The notes below the pieces were generated by a model that was not told where the DNA came from, made no database searches, and saw nothing but the letters and a program-made list of their open reading frames with translations. DNA of 26,188 bases from a virus (Duplodnaviria; Caudoviricetes), in the IMG/VR virus record IMGVR_UViG_3300032250_000730, positions 1 to 26,188 of that record; one strand, given 5' to 3'. Positions 1 through 8,670 of the stretch are shown one piece after another. Numbering within the stretch: position 1 is the stretch's first letter; every line of letters begins with the position of its first letter. The position numbers and the translations under genes are program-made.

Positions 1-393
1 ACTATTGTAACTCATGCCAGTGCCTGCACTAAAAGCAGCACGTGCACGTGCGTCTGTGTAGTAGAGATTTGTACCTTCGGTAATCCCAGTAGTTGACGGA
101 GTTGTATAGCTTAGCACACCTGTGCTAGAGTTGTAGCTTAAACTTCCGGTTGCACTAATAGCACTACGAGCACGACTATCAGTAAAGTAAAGGTTAGTGC
201 CTTCGGTGATTTGCGTTGTGGTAGGCTTATTGTCTAAATCTGTGTAGCTTCCAGTGGAGGCTACTTGGTGCAAACCCAATGCAGTTTTGGCAGCGGTAGT
301 GGTGGTTCCACCAGTACCGCCACTTGCAATACCTAATACACCACTAGAGTTTGTGTTTTCTGCTAATTTTGATAAATTACGTGGTGTACTCAT
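1..393 (-). CDS. Second tail fibre protein, N-terminal part (runs off the left edge; not in the ORF track)
   Basis: ATG at 393 preceded by AAAAAGGGG. Hand translation is open to position 1: MSTPRNLSKLAENTNSSGVLGIASGGTGG...ITEGTNLYFTDSRARSAISATGSLSYNSSTG...EGTNLYYTDARARAAFSAGTGMSYNS. It shares the EGTNLYFTDARAR repeat with the 1995-aa fibre. Confidence 0.9.
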   Translation of the reverse strand, partial: MSTPRNLSKLAENTNSSGVLGIASGGTGGTTTTAAKTALGLHQVASTGSYTDLDNKPTTTQITEGTNLYFTDSRARSAISATGSLSYNSSTGVLSYTTPSTTGITEGTNLYYTDARARAAFSAGTGMSYNS

Positions 394-460
394 TGACTAC
401 CCCTTTTTGTATTTTTAAAACTGCGGCCCATTGCAGCAACAAAGGCATTTTTGTTTTGGT

Positions 461-883
461 TTAAGGTGCTGTTGGTGCTGTTGCTGCTGCAGGTTCTGCG
501 GCTGTCTCAGGAACTGGTGCCCAAGGCATTGCTGTGGCAGCTAAAACGCTTTTGGCAACTTCGCGATCTAGTACATATTGAATGTGGGCTTTGATGCCAG
601 GAATACGTGTGTCAGTTGCTTCAATCCAAGCAACAACATTAGCTTCAGTTAAGTTAGCTAATTCAATAAATTCTTGACCGTTGGGGTCTTGAAGATTTGT
701 AGTTTGTGGTAATTCAAATTTTTGCGAAGCCTCTTCGCCAATCATTGTCCATTCTACTTGTTTAACAACATTTGTGCGATTGTTAACAGTAGCGGTACGA
801 ATACCGTTTACTTTGATTGTGAAAGCAGCAGTAAAATTCTCAGGTTGTGCTGCTGGTAGGGTAGGTGTGGTTTGTTCAGTCAT
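461..883 (-). CDS. Small fibre-associated protein (possible fibre assembly/accessory protein; paralogue of 893..1264)
   Basis: 140 aa, AAGGA RBS. Motifs VVKQVEW, FIELANLTEANVVAWI and MPWAP match the neighbouring gene. Function inferred from its position after the fibre. Confidence 0.7.
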   Translation of the reverse strand: MTEQTTPTLPAAQPENFTAAFTIKVNGIRTATVNNRTNVVKQVEWTMIGEEASQKFELPQTTNLQDPNGQEFIELANLTEANVVAWIEATDTRIPGIKAHIQYVLDREVAKSVLAATAMPWAPVPETAAEPAAATAPTAP

Positions 884-892
884 GGTTAATCC

Positions 893-1264
893 TTAAGGAG
901 TAGGGGTTGTGGGTGCAGGCGTTTCTGCAACAGGAGCCCAAGGCATTTGGGTCTCGGTGATGGGGTTGTGCTTTTCGTCAATTTGCTTTTGAATTTGAGC
1001 ATTAACGTGTTCTTCGTAACCACCGATAACCACTGCACGAATCCAACCAAGTACGATTTCTTCTGTTAGGTCTTGAAACGGGATAAAAGTAGAGCCGGCC
1101 GGCATGTTAAGTGAACTAAAAGGAGTTGCTCCTGAAAACGTACCTTCGTGATTGTCTTCGTCTACTCCAGTTTTGGTCCAGTAAGTTTGAACAACTGCAC
1201 CTTCATTACCGTTTTCGGTTTTGGTTTTTAAAGAAGTGATTTTCCATGTATAAGTAATTGCCAT
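893..1264 (-). CDS. Small fibre-associated protein (DUF7936-like from recollection, unverified)
   Basis: Start is better placed at ATG 1264 (GGAGAAAATA-ATG, MAITYTWK...) than at the track's TTG 1276. Motifs TYTWKI, VVQTYW, FIPFQDLTEEIVLGWI, MPWAP. Confidence 0.7.
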   Translation of the reverse strand: MAITYTWKITSLKTKTENGNEGAVVQTYWTKTGVDEDNHEGTFSGATPFSSLNMPAGSTFIPFQDLTEEIVLGWIRAVVIGGYEEHVNAQIQKQIDEKHNPITETQMPWAPVAETPAPTTPTP

Positions 1265-1288
1265 TATTTTCTCCAAAATTGGCTATTT

Positions 1289-1318
1289 AAAAGTTAGCGA
1301 GCTTATCGGCTCGCTAAC
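1289..1318 (-). terminator. Intrinsic terminator-like hairpin overlapping the stop codon of the 1995-aa fibre
   Basis: Minus strand GTTAGCGAGC-CGATAA-GCTCGCTAAC-TTTT: perfect 10-bp stem (1293-1302 with 1309-1318), TAA stop in the loop, short U tract. Confidence 0.65.
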
Positions 1319-4300
1319 AAGGATTTGACTAGTGATTTTAATTCATCTAGTTCTAGTTGTTGTTGGTTGATTTGTGCTTTTAAGTTGACGATTTCTTTGG
1401 CAAGTTCTACGGCTGATACTAGTGCTGCATTGCCGTATGCAAGTGACAGGGTCTGAGCTTCATCATTGCTTGCGGTTACTACTTCCGGCAGTAAAGCTTG
1501 CCAGTCTTGCGCTGACGAACCTGCTTGACGCTCACCGCTATCGATGCGGGTATATGTACCCGATTTAATTTGAGCAAGTCGCTCGACAAAGCCACTGGGT
1601 ATTGCGGCCCAATCTTTCTTTAAGCGTTCATCTGAGTAAGCTGTGACGTTGCCTGCGTAAGTACCGTTGCCTGACATATCAAGTTGCCAACGGTTTGCAG
1701 CCGCTGACCAGCCACCAATACGCATTACATTGTCGTCGTCAAGACCCATATTAACAGCGTAGTGACCGCCTTTATGGAAAGACATGTATGCCGAGTTATT
1801 TCCAGTGCTATACGCCTGTAAGCCAGCAGTGTCTGTGTTACCAGAACGACCATTTCTATTCATCTGAAACTGAATAACACCACCTACCGTATCGCCGCCG
1901 CGATTGATAGCGTAGCTGCCAAAATTTCCGGCGTGAAGAACAAGGTTGTTTGAACCATTTAGGTCAATACCAGCATAAAAATTTCCGTCTGTGTAAACGT
2001 CGATGTACCCGCTAGTTGAGCTGAAACCAAAACGATTGTTACCGCCAGTAAACTGGTATCCAGGGTAACCACCACTACCAGCCCATATTCCAGTAGTTAT
2101 CAAAAAGGTAGTGCTTCCGCCAAAAGCTAAACCGCCAGTTACCGTCAACGCGGATGATGTAAGCTGCATACGTGTTGTGTATGTTGCACCATCTTGACCT
2201 GCGGTCTGCCATCGGAAACCTTCGTTTTCGTGGCCCTTGAACATCATCCAATAGCCTTCAACGTTTATTCGTTTTGTAGCGTCTCCAAAAATAATAGAAT
2301 TTGAATTGCCAGCTCCACTCATTGTCAGATTCCCAGTCAACGTACCACCGCTTAGAGGCAATGCATAGGAGCCGAAGTTACCATTGTGAATAAGAGTTCG
2401 CCAACTTTGGTTTGAGCCATTGACTTTTCTACGGAACTGAAAAGCGTCATCATGAAAGTCAAGTGCTAACGTCGCAGAATAGTACGTATCTGCGTCTCCA
2501 TGAGACATACGAATAGCGTAATGCCAGTTGCTGTTTGGATTAATGTCAGCGCGGTCGTAAGCTTGCCAATACTGAAGCGCGTTACCTTTGCTTCCTGTAT
2601 CAGTACTAACTTGCAATGCACTTGAAGCATTTCCATTTATACTAATGCCCCAAGTACCCGAAGCATTTCCACCACCTCGCGTAGGTACGTCAAGAAAATT
2701 ACGAGCTCCACCAGCAGTAACTTTAACCGCTTGGTTAGTAGTTGGGTAAATGGCTACAAGAGAAGATGGTGTAAAATCCTGAACACCAACAGTCAAAACA
2801 ATTTCTCTAGCGGCAATATCTCCTACACCATCACGATAAGCAATAGTATTTCCGGTAGCGGAAGTACTCCAGCTTGGAATGTAGCTATTAATGTTTCCTG
2901 CATGAAGAATTTGGTGACCGTTGCTTGTAACAGCACCTGCTTTGGTCATTCGCAGAATGTTGTCAATCTGATTGCCGCCGTTGTTTGCACCGAATACAAG
3001 ATCGTCGCTGCTATCAAGAGCGGTGAATCCAATATACCAATTTCCGTCATTGTTACCGCGTTCGCGTCTCCAACGAAGGCCTCCCCATCTACTTGTCGTA
3101 GGCATCGTAAAGGACAGTCCTTCAGCCCAACTCGAAGTAACAGGGCTAATCATGAGATTGCCGCTTAAAGAACCGCCAGTTAAAGGCAATGCATAAGAGC
3201 CGTAGTTGCCTGCATGAATTGCAGTGTTCCCCGCAATGTTGACTGCGTTACCTACAGGGTTTAGATTTAATGCTTGTCCAGCATGGGATTGAACAAAAGA
3301 ATAGCTGCCATTGTTTCCGATAGCTAAAGTGCCGGGGCCTGAATTACTAGGGTTGGTGCTTATCGTATGTGCGTAACTGCTTACGTTATTTGCATGTAGT
3401 ACTTGATTGCCTCCAATTAGCGCATTGCTAAACGAGGCGGTAGCACTGTTGGTCGTAAAGTTTAGGTAAGTTCCATCCCAATACATACCACGGCGCGAAC
3501 CCCAAGTGTTATCGCTGCCCATTGACCAAAAACCATTATTTTCACCAGCTACATAACATCCGTCTACTAAAATACCCATTTGCCCAGCGTTTGGCAAGCC
3601 ATCACCAAATGAAATTTCACCATTACTGACGGCGTATCCGCCCCAACGACTTCCTGGTAAACCAGAGCCATACCATCCGCCACCTTTTGGGTTTACGTAG
3701 CTTGTGTAGTTTCCTGCGTGAAAGACTATGTTAGACCCGACTTTAAGATTAGTTCCATCGTAGCCCCATCTAACGTCGCCAACATCGCTGCCAAACGCAT
3801 GCCACCAATTACCCTGTTCAGTAAAAATTGTTGTAGACCAACTGGAACCAGTATTTAACTGCATGCCAGCTCTGTTTCCTGCTCCTGCAACAGTGTTGCT
3901 AATCTCAAAGAAATTTGCAGGAAGAGTTCCACCAGCTAACGAAATCTTTAGCTTGCCAGTTAAAGTACCTCCAGTTAAAGGTAAGGCGTAAGAGCTGTAG
4001 TTACCTGCATGGAGAAGTACATTATTTGTCCATAAAGCATTACTAGCTTTGTTTAACGTCAACCCAGTTGTGTTTGAAGAGTCGTCTGGAGAAATAATGA
4101 ATTGAGCAGATGGATTAGTCGCAACAAACCAGCCGCCAGTAGGAGCACCTGAAGAGCCTGTTGACCCAAAAGTAATACCAGCCCAACTATTATTAGCTCG
4201 AGTTATTCGAAGGCCTTCGTTGTAGTTATTGTTCGTTGCACCAGTGCTAATTACCAATGGGCCAGAAAGCGTACCACCGGTTAATGGCAGCTTTGTGCTA

Positions 4301-7290
4301 TCGGTTGCAGACGTTGCTGTGGCTGCATTACCTGTAATATTAATACCCCAAGTACCCCTAGCACCGCCACCTGTTAGTGTTGGTGAGTAAGAGTTGTAGT
4401 TTGCTGAGGTGAGAACCGTCTTAAACGGAGTCCAATTGACACTATCTGTTCGGTTACGAAACTCCATAGAGCCTGTATAAAGAAACCTTTGTTGTACAGT
4501 GCTAGTAGAGCCACCCTGCCCAAACACCAAAACAGTATGGCTGTCACCAACATTATTTTGGTTCCATACACCAAGCCCAGTGATCGAATCAACGTTGCCA
4601 GCTGAATAACTGCCACGACCAACCATATAGTTAGATGTGTCGGAAAGGCCTCCGGCCAAACCTGTAATACTAATTCCCCAAGTACCGCTAGCACCGCCGC
4701 CTGTTAGTGTAGGACTATAGCTGTTGTAGTTACTGGCGGTAAGCATCGTGCTGCCAGCCCAAGTCGGAACTGATCCAGCCTGAAGTCTAAATATGTCAGT
4801 AGTGGTAGCACCACCAACGCTCCGCATAATAATATCCATAGCGCCTGCTACAGACCCAGCCGATCCTTTGTAGAATTTAAAGTACGCACGGTGATGCAGA
4901 CCGTCTGTGTCGTTTTGCTGAAACCCAAGCTGAATTGCTCCGCCAGACGTTTGGTTCTGAAAGGTAATATGTTCAGTGCTTGCTGTATCAAAACGAAGAT
5001 ATTGAATGCCGCTAGCAGTTAACGGTAAATAATTTGATAGTGCAGAACTAGTAATATAGCCACTAGGATTAGTAGCATTATAAGGCGTAAAACCTAGGGC
5101 AGTAGTAACGTTGCTACTAGTAATTCCAGTGATATAACCGCTTGGATTCGTCGCGTTGTATGGTGTGAAACCAAGAGCGGTTGTTACTTGACTTGAAGTA
5201 ATGCTTGTGACGGTCGCTGCATTACCAGTGGTGTTTTGATTAAATGTAGGCCATGTTTGGCCAGCAGCAAACGTTATTGCGCCAGTCATTGTGCCGCCAG
5301 CAAGCGGAAGCTTTGTGCTATCGGTTGCTGTAGCAGCACTACCTGTAATGTTGATGTTCCAAGTGCCAGAAGCACCGCCGCCTGTTAATGTGGGTGAGTA
5401 GCTATTGTAGTTACCTGCGTGAAGGACTTGGTTGCCCGCTTGTGTAAGAGCACCCGTTATTACATTTAAACCGCCTGAGCGACCAATAAATACTAAGTTT
5501 GCTCCGCCAGTGCGGTTGTAAAAATAAACTCCGTCTGCGGGTGAGTTGAAATAAACGCCAACGCCATTGCCAGTGCCGTTGTAACCTAGTGAAAGTTCAT
5601 AATCGTTATGTGGAACGCGAATACCGCGAGTAATTAAATCTCCAGTCAACGTACCGCCGCTCAAGGGCAAATAATTTGGAGCAGAAGTCGCTGTTGCAGC
5701 TGTGCCTGAGATATTTATCGAATACGTACCACCGTTAACACGAGCGTTGTCAAGTGTGCCGGTCAGTTTGCTAGCGTCTAAAGATGTAATCCAAGATGGG
5801 TTGGCGTATGAGCCAGCCAAAGCTACATAAGTACTAGCCGCAGACGCAGAAGTCAAATAGCCTGACAACGCAGAGCTTGTGATGTAGCCACTTGGGTTGC
5901 TGTTGTTGTACGGCGTAAAGCCCAGAGCCGTTGTCACCATGCCGGAGGTAATGCCGGTGATGTAGCCCGATGGGTTGCTGCTGTTGTAAGGCGTAAAACC
6001 TAAAGCAGTGGTAACATTCGAACTAGTCAATTCACCACGAATAGTAGCAGAGCTTTTATTTTCTACACTACCTAGTCCAACATCTGAATTAGTAAGTGTA
6101 ACAACACCAGTCTTACCAGCTACGCTATCAACAGCTCCCGATGTAATATAAACATAAGCACTACCACTCCAACGATAAGTTTTGTTGGTATCTAGTGCAA
6201 CATAAATTTTGCCTGTTTCGCCCGTTGCAGGAAAACTAGCTAAGTTTGCGGCTTCAATTACGTCATCTACATAACTTGGTAGTTGTGTACTAGGAATTTG
6301 CCCAGAACTATTTAAACTTGCATAACCATTGGCAACTCCACGATTTGCGGAATTTTCTGGTGTAAACCCAAGTGCCCCAGTAACGTTTCCTGAAGTCAAC
6401 TCGCTACGAATAGTAGCCGAGCTCTTATTTTCAACTGAGCCTAGTCCAACATCTGAACTAGTTAAAGTAACGGCACCAGTACGAGTGTTTACACTTGTAA
6501 CACCCCCAGTAACTGTGATAACGCCAGTTGCGGAATCGTAACTACCAGAGCCAGTTACCGATATCGCTGCACGTGCTAAAGCATCTGTGTACTGAGTAAT
6601 TGTTGAGCTAATTGCACCAGTTGAAGAATTGTAACTTATGCCAGTACCAGCACTTAATGCACTACGAGCACGAGCATCTGTAAAATAAAGATTTGTACCT
6701 TCACTAATACCACTTGTACTAGGTGTTGTATAGCTGATTACTCCAGTTGAGGAGTTATAGCTTAAACTTCCACTTGCTGAAATGCCTGAACGTGCTTGTG
6801 CCAAAGTAATATAATTACTTGGATTTGTAGCATTATAAGGAGTATAGCCAAGAGCATTAACAACAATTGCGTTATCAAAGTCGGCATAGTTAGCATTTGC
6901 TGTATAAGTTGTATAAGCAACAATATCAAGTATGTTACCAGCAGTAGCACCTGCAGTTAGTACAATACTAGTACCATTAGTAGCAGTATAGTCAACACCA
7001 GCCACTAACTTAACACCGTTCAAGAAAACATCTACAAAAGGTGCTAAATAAACAGCTGCAAAAGTTGTTTGATTACTAGTAGCTGTGTACTGGTAACGAT
7101 TTTGTAAGTTTTGACTAAGCTCTACAGTACCACCAAGATTAACAACGGTTTCAGTGCCGTTGACATTTTTCTTGATATAAGCAACACCATCATATGTGTT
7201 GATTGCTATTTCGCCTAACTGTAAATCAGCAGTAGTTGGTATACGACCAGCTACTGCACTGCGCTTTACTTTAATTGATGTTGTTGCCAT
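1303..7290 (-). CDS. Long modular tail fibre with C-terminal Peptidase_S74 intramolecular chaperone
   Basis: N-terminal IKVKRS...GEIAINTYDG resembles the T4 gp37-type N-terminus. Fibre repeats include VTTALGFTPYN, LPSYVDDV...GETGKIYV and LPLxGGTLTG. C-terminal SDERLK (Ser1886/Lys1891), AQDWQALLPEVV and a terminal coiled coil are typical of autocleaving S74 chaperones. Confidence 0.92.
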   Translation of the reverse strand: MATTSIKVKRSAVAGRIPTTADLQLGEIAINTYDGVAYIKKNVNGTETVVNLGGTVELSQNLQNRYQYTATSNQTTFAAVYLAPFVDVFLNGVKLVAGVDYTATNGTSIVLTAGATAGNILDIVAYTTYTANANYADFDNAIVVNALGYTPYNATNPSNYITLAQARSGISASGSLSYNSSTGVISYTTPSTSGISEGTNLYFTDARARSALSAGTGISYNSSTGAISSTITQYTDALARAAISVTGSGSYDSATGVITVTGGVTSVNTRTGAVTLTSSDVGLGSVENKSSATIRSELTSGNVTGALGFTPENSANRGVANGYASLNSSGQIPSTQLPSYVDDVIEAANLASFPATGETGKIYVALDTNKTYRWSGSAYVYITSGAVDSVAGKTGVVTLTNSDVGLGSVENKSSATIRGELTSSNVTTALGFTPYNSSNPSGYITGITSGMVTTALGFTPYNNSNPSGYITSSALSGYLTSASAASTYVALAGSYANPSWITSLDASKLTGTLDNARVNGGTYSINISGTAATATSAPNYLPLSGGTLTGDLITRGIRVPHNDYELSLGYNGTGNGVGVYFNSPADGVYFYNRTGGANLVFIGRSGGLNVITGALTQAGNQVLHAGNYNSYSPTLTGGGASGTWNINITGSAATATDSTKLPLAGGTMTGAITFAAGQTWPTFNQNTTGNAATVTSITSSQVTTALGFTPYNATNPSGYITGITSSNVTTALGFTPYNATNPSGYITSSALSNYLPLTASGIQYLRFDTASTEHITFQNQTSGGAIQLGFQQNDTDGLHHRAYFKFYKGSAGSVAGAMDIIMRSVGGATTTDIFRLQAGSVPTWAGSTMLTASNYNSYSPTLTGGGASGTWGISITGLAGGLSDTSNYMVGRGSYSAGNVDSITGLGVWNQNNVGDSHTVLVFGQGGSTSTVQQRFLYTGSMEFRNRTDSVNWTPFKTVLTSANYNSYSPTLTGGGARGTWGINITGNAATATSATDSTKLPLTGGTLSGPLVISTGATNNNYNEGLRITRANNSWAGITFGSTGSSGAPTGGWFVATNPSAQFIISPDDSSNTTGLTLNKASNALWTNNVLLHAGNYSSYALPLTGGTLTGKLKISLAGGTLPANFFEISNTVAGAGNRAGMQLNTGSSWSTTIFTEQGNWWHAFGSDVGDVRWGYDGTNLKVGSNIVFHAGNYTSYVNPKGGGWYGSGLPGSRWGGYAVSNGEISFGDGLPNAGQMGILVDGCYVAGENNGFWSMGSDNTWGSRRGMYWDGTYLNFTTNSATASFSNALIGGNQVLHANNVSSYAHTISTNPSNSGPGTLAIGNNGSYSFVQSHAGQALNLNPVGNAVNIAGNTAIHAGNYGSYALPLTGGSLSGNLMISPVTSSWAEGLSFTMPTTSRWGGLRWRRERGNNDGNWYIGFTALDSSDDLVFGANNGGNQIDNILRMTKAGAVTSNGHQILHAGNINSYIPSWSTSATGNTIAYRDGVGDIAAREIVLTVGVQDFTPSSLVAIYPTTNQAVKVTAGGARNFLDVPTRGGGNASGTWGISINGNASSALQVSTDTGSKGNALQYWQAYDRADINPNSNWHYAIRMSHGDADTYYSATLALDFHDDAFQFRRKVNGSNQSWRTLIHNGNFGSYALPLSGGTLTGNLTMSGAGNSNSIIFGDATKRINVEGYWMMFKGHENEGFRWQTAGQDGATYTTRMQLTSSALTVTGGLAFGGSTTFLITTGIWAGSGGYPGYQFTGGNNRFGFSSTSGYIDVYTDGNFYAGIDLNGSNNLVLHAGNFGSYAINRGGDTVGGVIQFQMNRNGRSGNTDTAGLQAYSTGNNSAYMSFHKGGHYAVNMGLDDDNVMRIGGWSAAANRWQLDMSGNGTYAGNVTAYSDERLKKDWAAIPSGFVERLAQIKSGTYTRIDSGERQAGSSAQDWQALLPEVVTASNDEAQTLSLAYGNAALVSAVELAKEIVNLKAQINQQQLELDELKSLVKSLLASR
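1905..5430 (-). repeat. Dispersed in-frame linker repeats (10 x [LIF]HAGN[YF]xSY-like; 4 x GTWxIxIxG; several LPLxGGT[LM][TS]G) separating unique modules
   Basis: Linker His (or the equivalent Thr) codons start at 5421, 4740, 4410, 4011, 3720, 3396, 3216, 2904, 2388 and 1935. DNA matches: 4331-4380 vs 4661-4710 is 46/50; 3176-3216 vs 3971-4011 is 36/41; exact 20-mer at 4289-4308 and 5309-5328. Confidence 0.9.
5030..6480 (-). repeat. Shaft repeats VTTALGFTPYNxxNPSGYIT (two tandem pairs) and VTLTxSDVGLGSVENKSSATIRxELTS (two copies)
   Basis: Tandem pairs at about 5040-5190 and 5865-6015. Second repeat at about 6020-6100 and 6385-6470, with a shared exact cctagtccaacatctgaa. Confidence 0.9.
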
Positions 7291-7332
7291 ATGGGCGTCC
7301 CTTTTTTATGCTATATAGCGGGGTTAAATATT

Positions 7333-8658
7333 TTAGTATGTTCCACCGTCAAGTTGATAAATTGATGCAGCACCTGAAGTAACTGTAAATTGAGTTCCGT
7401 CAAAACTTGCTAAACCTTTTACTGTTGTACTAGCAAACGGTATTGCTGTTGAACCTGCTGCGGTTATCAAACCTTTGGCATTAACTGTAAAGTTAGGTAC
7501 TGTTACTGAATTGCCAAAAGTACCAACGTCTGCATTTACTGTTGCAAGTGTTAAGGCTGCTGAAACTGCTGCTGATCCATCAACGCTAGTTAAAGTTGCT
7601 GTTGCGTCGCCTGTTAAACTCAAATTACGTGCAGTAGCCCACTTACTGGCTGTATCTGCATTACCTCTTAAGGCAGCGTATACATTAGCAACTGTTAAAT
7701 TTTTATTAAGATTCCATCGATCATCAATAGCAGTATATGTAAATGTTGCTCCAGCACCTGCAATTGTTAAACCCGCACCGTCAGCTTGTGCAGCACCTTC
7801 CGCATCTTTGGCCAGGGTGATATTTGCATCACCAATTGCCACAGTTGTAGAATTTACTGTGGTTGTTAAACCTTGAACAGTTAAGTTGCCAACAATAATT
7901 GCGTTGCCGTCAATGGTAACGTTGGTAGCAGTAATATCGTTACTGGAGAATGTTCCATTAACTGTTACGTTGTTAAAGGTTACATTAGAAGTTGTGGCAA
8001 CTGGTTGACCAATTGCAAAACTAACTTTGTTATCGGTAACAGTAGTTGTTACACCAGTGCCGCCTTCAAAGGTCAGCGTATCGTTTAACAAGCTAACTGT
8101 GTCTGTGCCAATTCCGCCAGCAATTGACAAATTAGTAGCAACATCTACTGTTGAAGCAGCAGTTATTAAACCTTTTGCATTAACTGTGAAAACAGGAATC
8201 TGAGTTGTAGAGCCAAACGAACCAACGTTTGAATTAACTGTTGCAAAAGTAATAGCTGTACTAACGTTTGCTGTACCGTCTACACTTGCAAAAGTTGCTG
8301 TTGCGTCACCTGTTAAAGCTAAGCTGCGTGCATTTAACCATTTTGTGGCTGTTGCAGAATTACCGATTAAAGCTGCTGTGATATTGCGAGCAGAAAAATC
8401 TCCGTTTGCATCACGACGTACTAGAGTACTAGCAGTATTGTTAGGCGTGGCTGCTGTAATCATGTCGGTAAAGAACTTACCGCCGACTACGATGTGGTTT
8501 ACTGCATTACCTGCAGTTTCTACGCCCATACCGATATAGAGTCTATCTCCACCGTTTGAGCCATTGTCTACTAAAGCGGAATAAGCTAACTCACCTGCAC
8601 CTAATACTGCTGGATTGCCGCTTACTTCGCTGCGTTTAATTCTTACTATAGAAGCCAT
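7333..8658 (-). CDS. Tail fibre subunit (proximal/linker fibre)
   Basis: 441 aa, AAGGA RBS. N-terminal RIKRS...GELAYS...RLYIG; internal duplication of about 75 aa (GNxxTAxKWxxARxLxLTGDATAT...FTVNAKGLITAA); C-terminal LDGGTY. Confidence 0.85.
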   Translation of the reverse strand: MASIVRIKRSEVSGNPAVLGAGELAYSALVDNGSNGGDRLYIGMGVETAGNAVNHIVVGGKFFTDMITAATPNNTASTLVRRDANGDFSARNITAALIGNSATATKWLNARSLALTGDATATFASVDGTANVSTAITFATVNSNVGSFGSTTQIPVFTVNAKGLITAASTVDVATNLSIAGGIGTDTVSLLNDTLTFEGGTGVTTTVTDNKVSFAIGQPVATTSNVTFNNVTVNGTFSSNDITATNVTIDGNAIIVGNLTVQGLTTTVNSTTVAIGDANITLAKDAEGAAQADGAGLTIAGAGATFTYTAIDDRWNLNKNLTVANVYAALRGNADTASKWATARNLSLTGDATATLTSVDGSAAVSAALTLATVNADVGTFGNSVTVPNFTVNAKGLITAAGSTAIPFASTTVKGLASFDGTQFTVTSGAASIYQLDGGTY

Positions 8659-8670
8659 AACTATGTTCCT

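Noticed and set aside
415-460. Short hairpins between the 140-aa gene and the second fibre
   Set aside because: Stems of only 4-5 bp are too weak to call a terminator.
1905-5430. Repeat-spacer pattern as a CRISPR array or shufflon
   Set aside because: The repeats are degenerate at codon third positions and all direct. Spacers are 180-681 nt and protein-coding. No cas gene, invertase or inverted crossover sites were seen.
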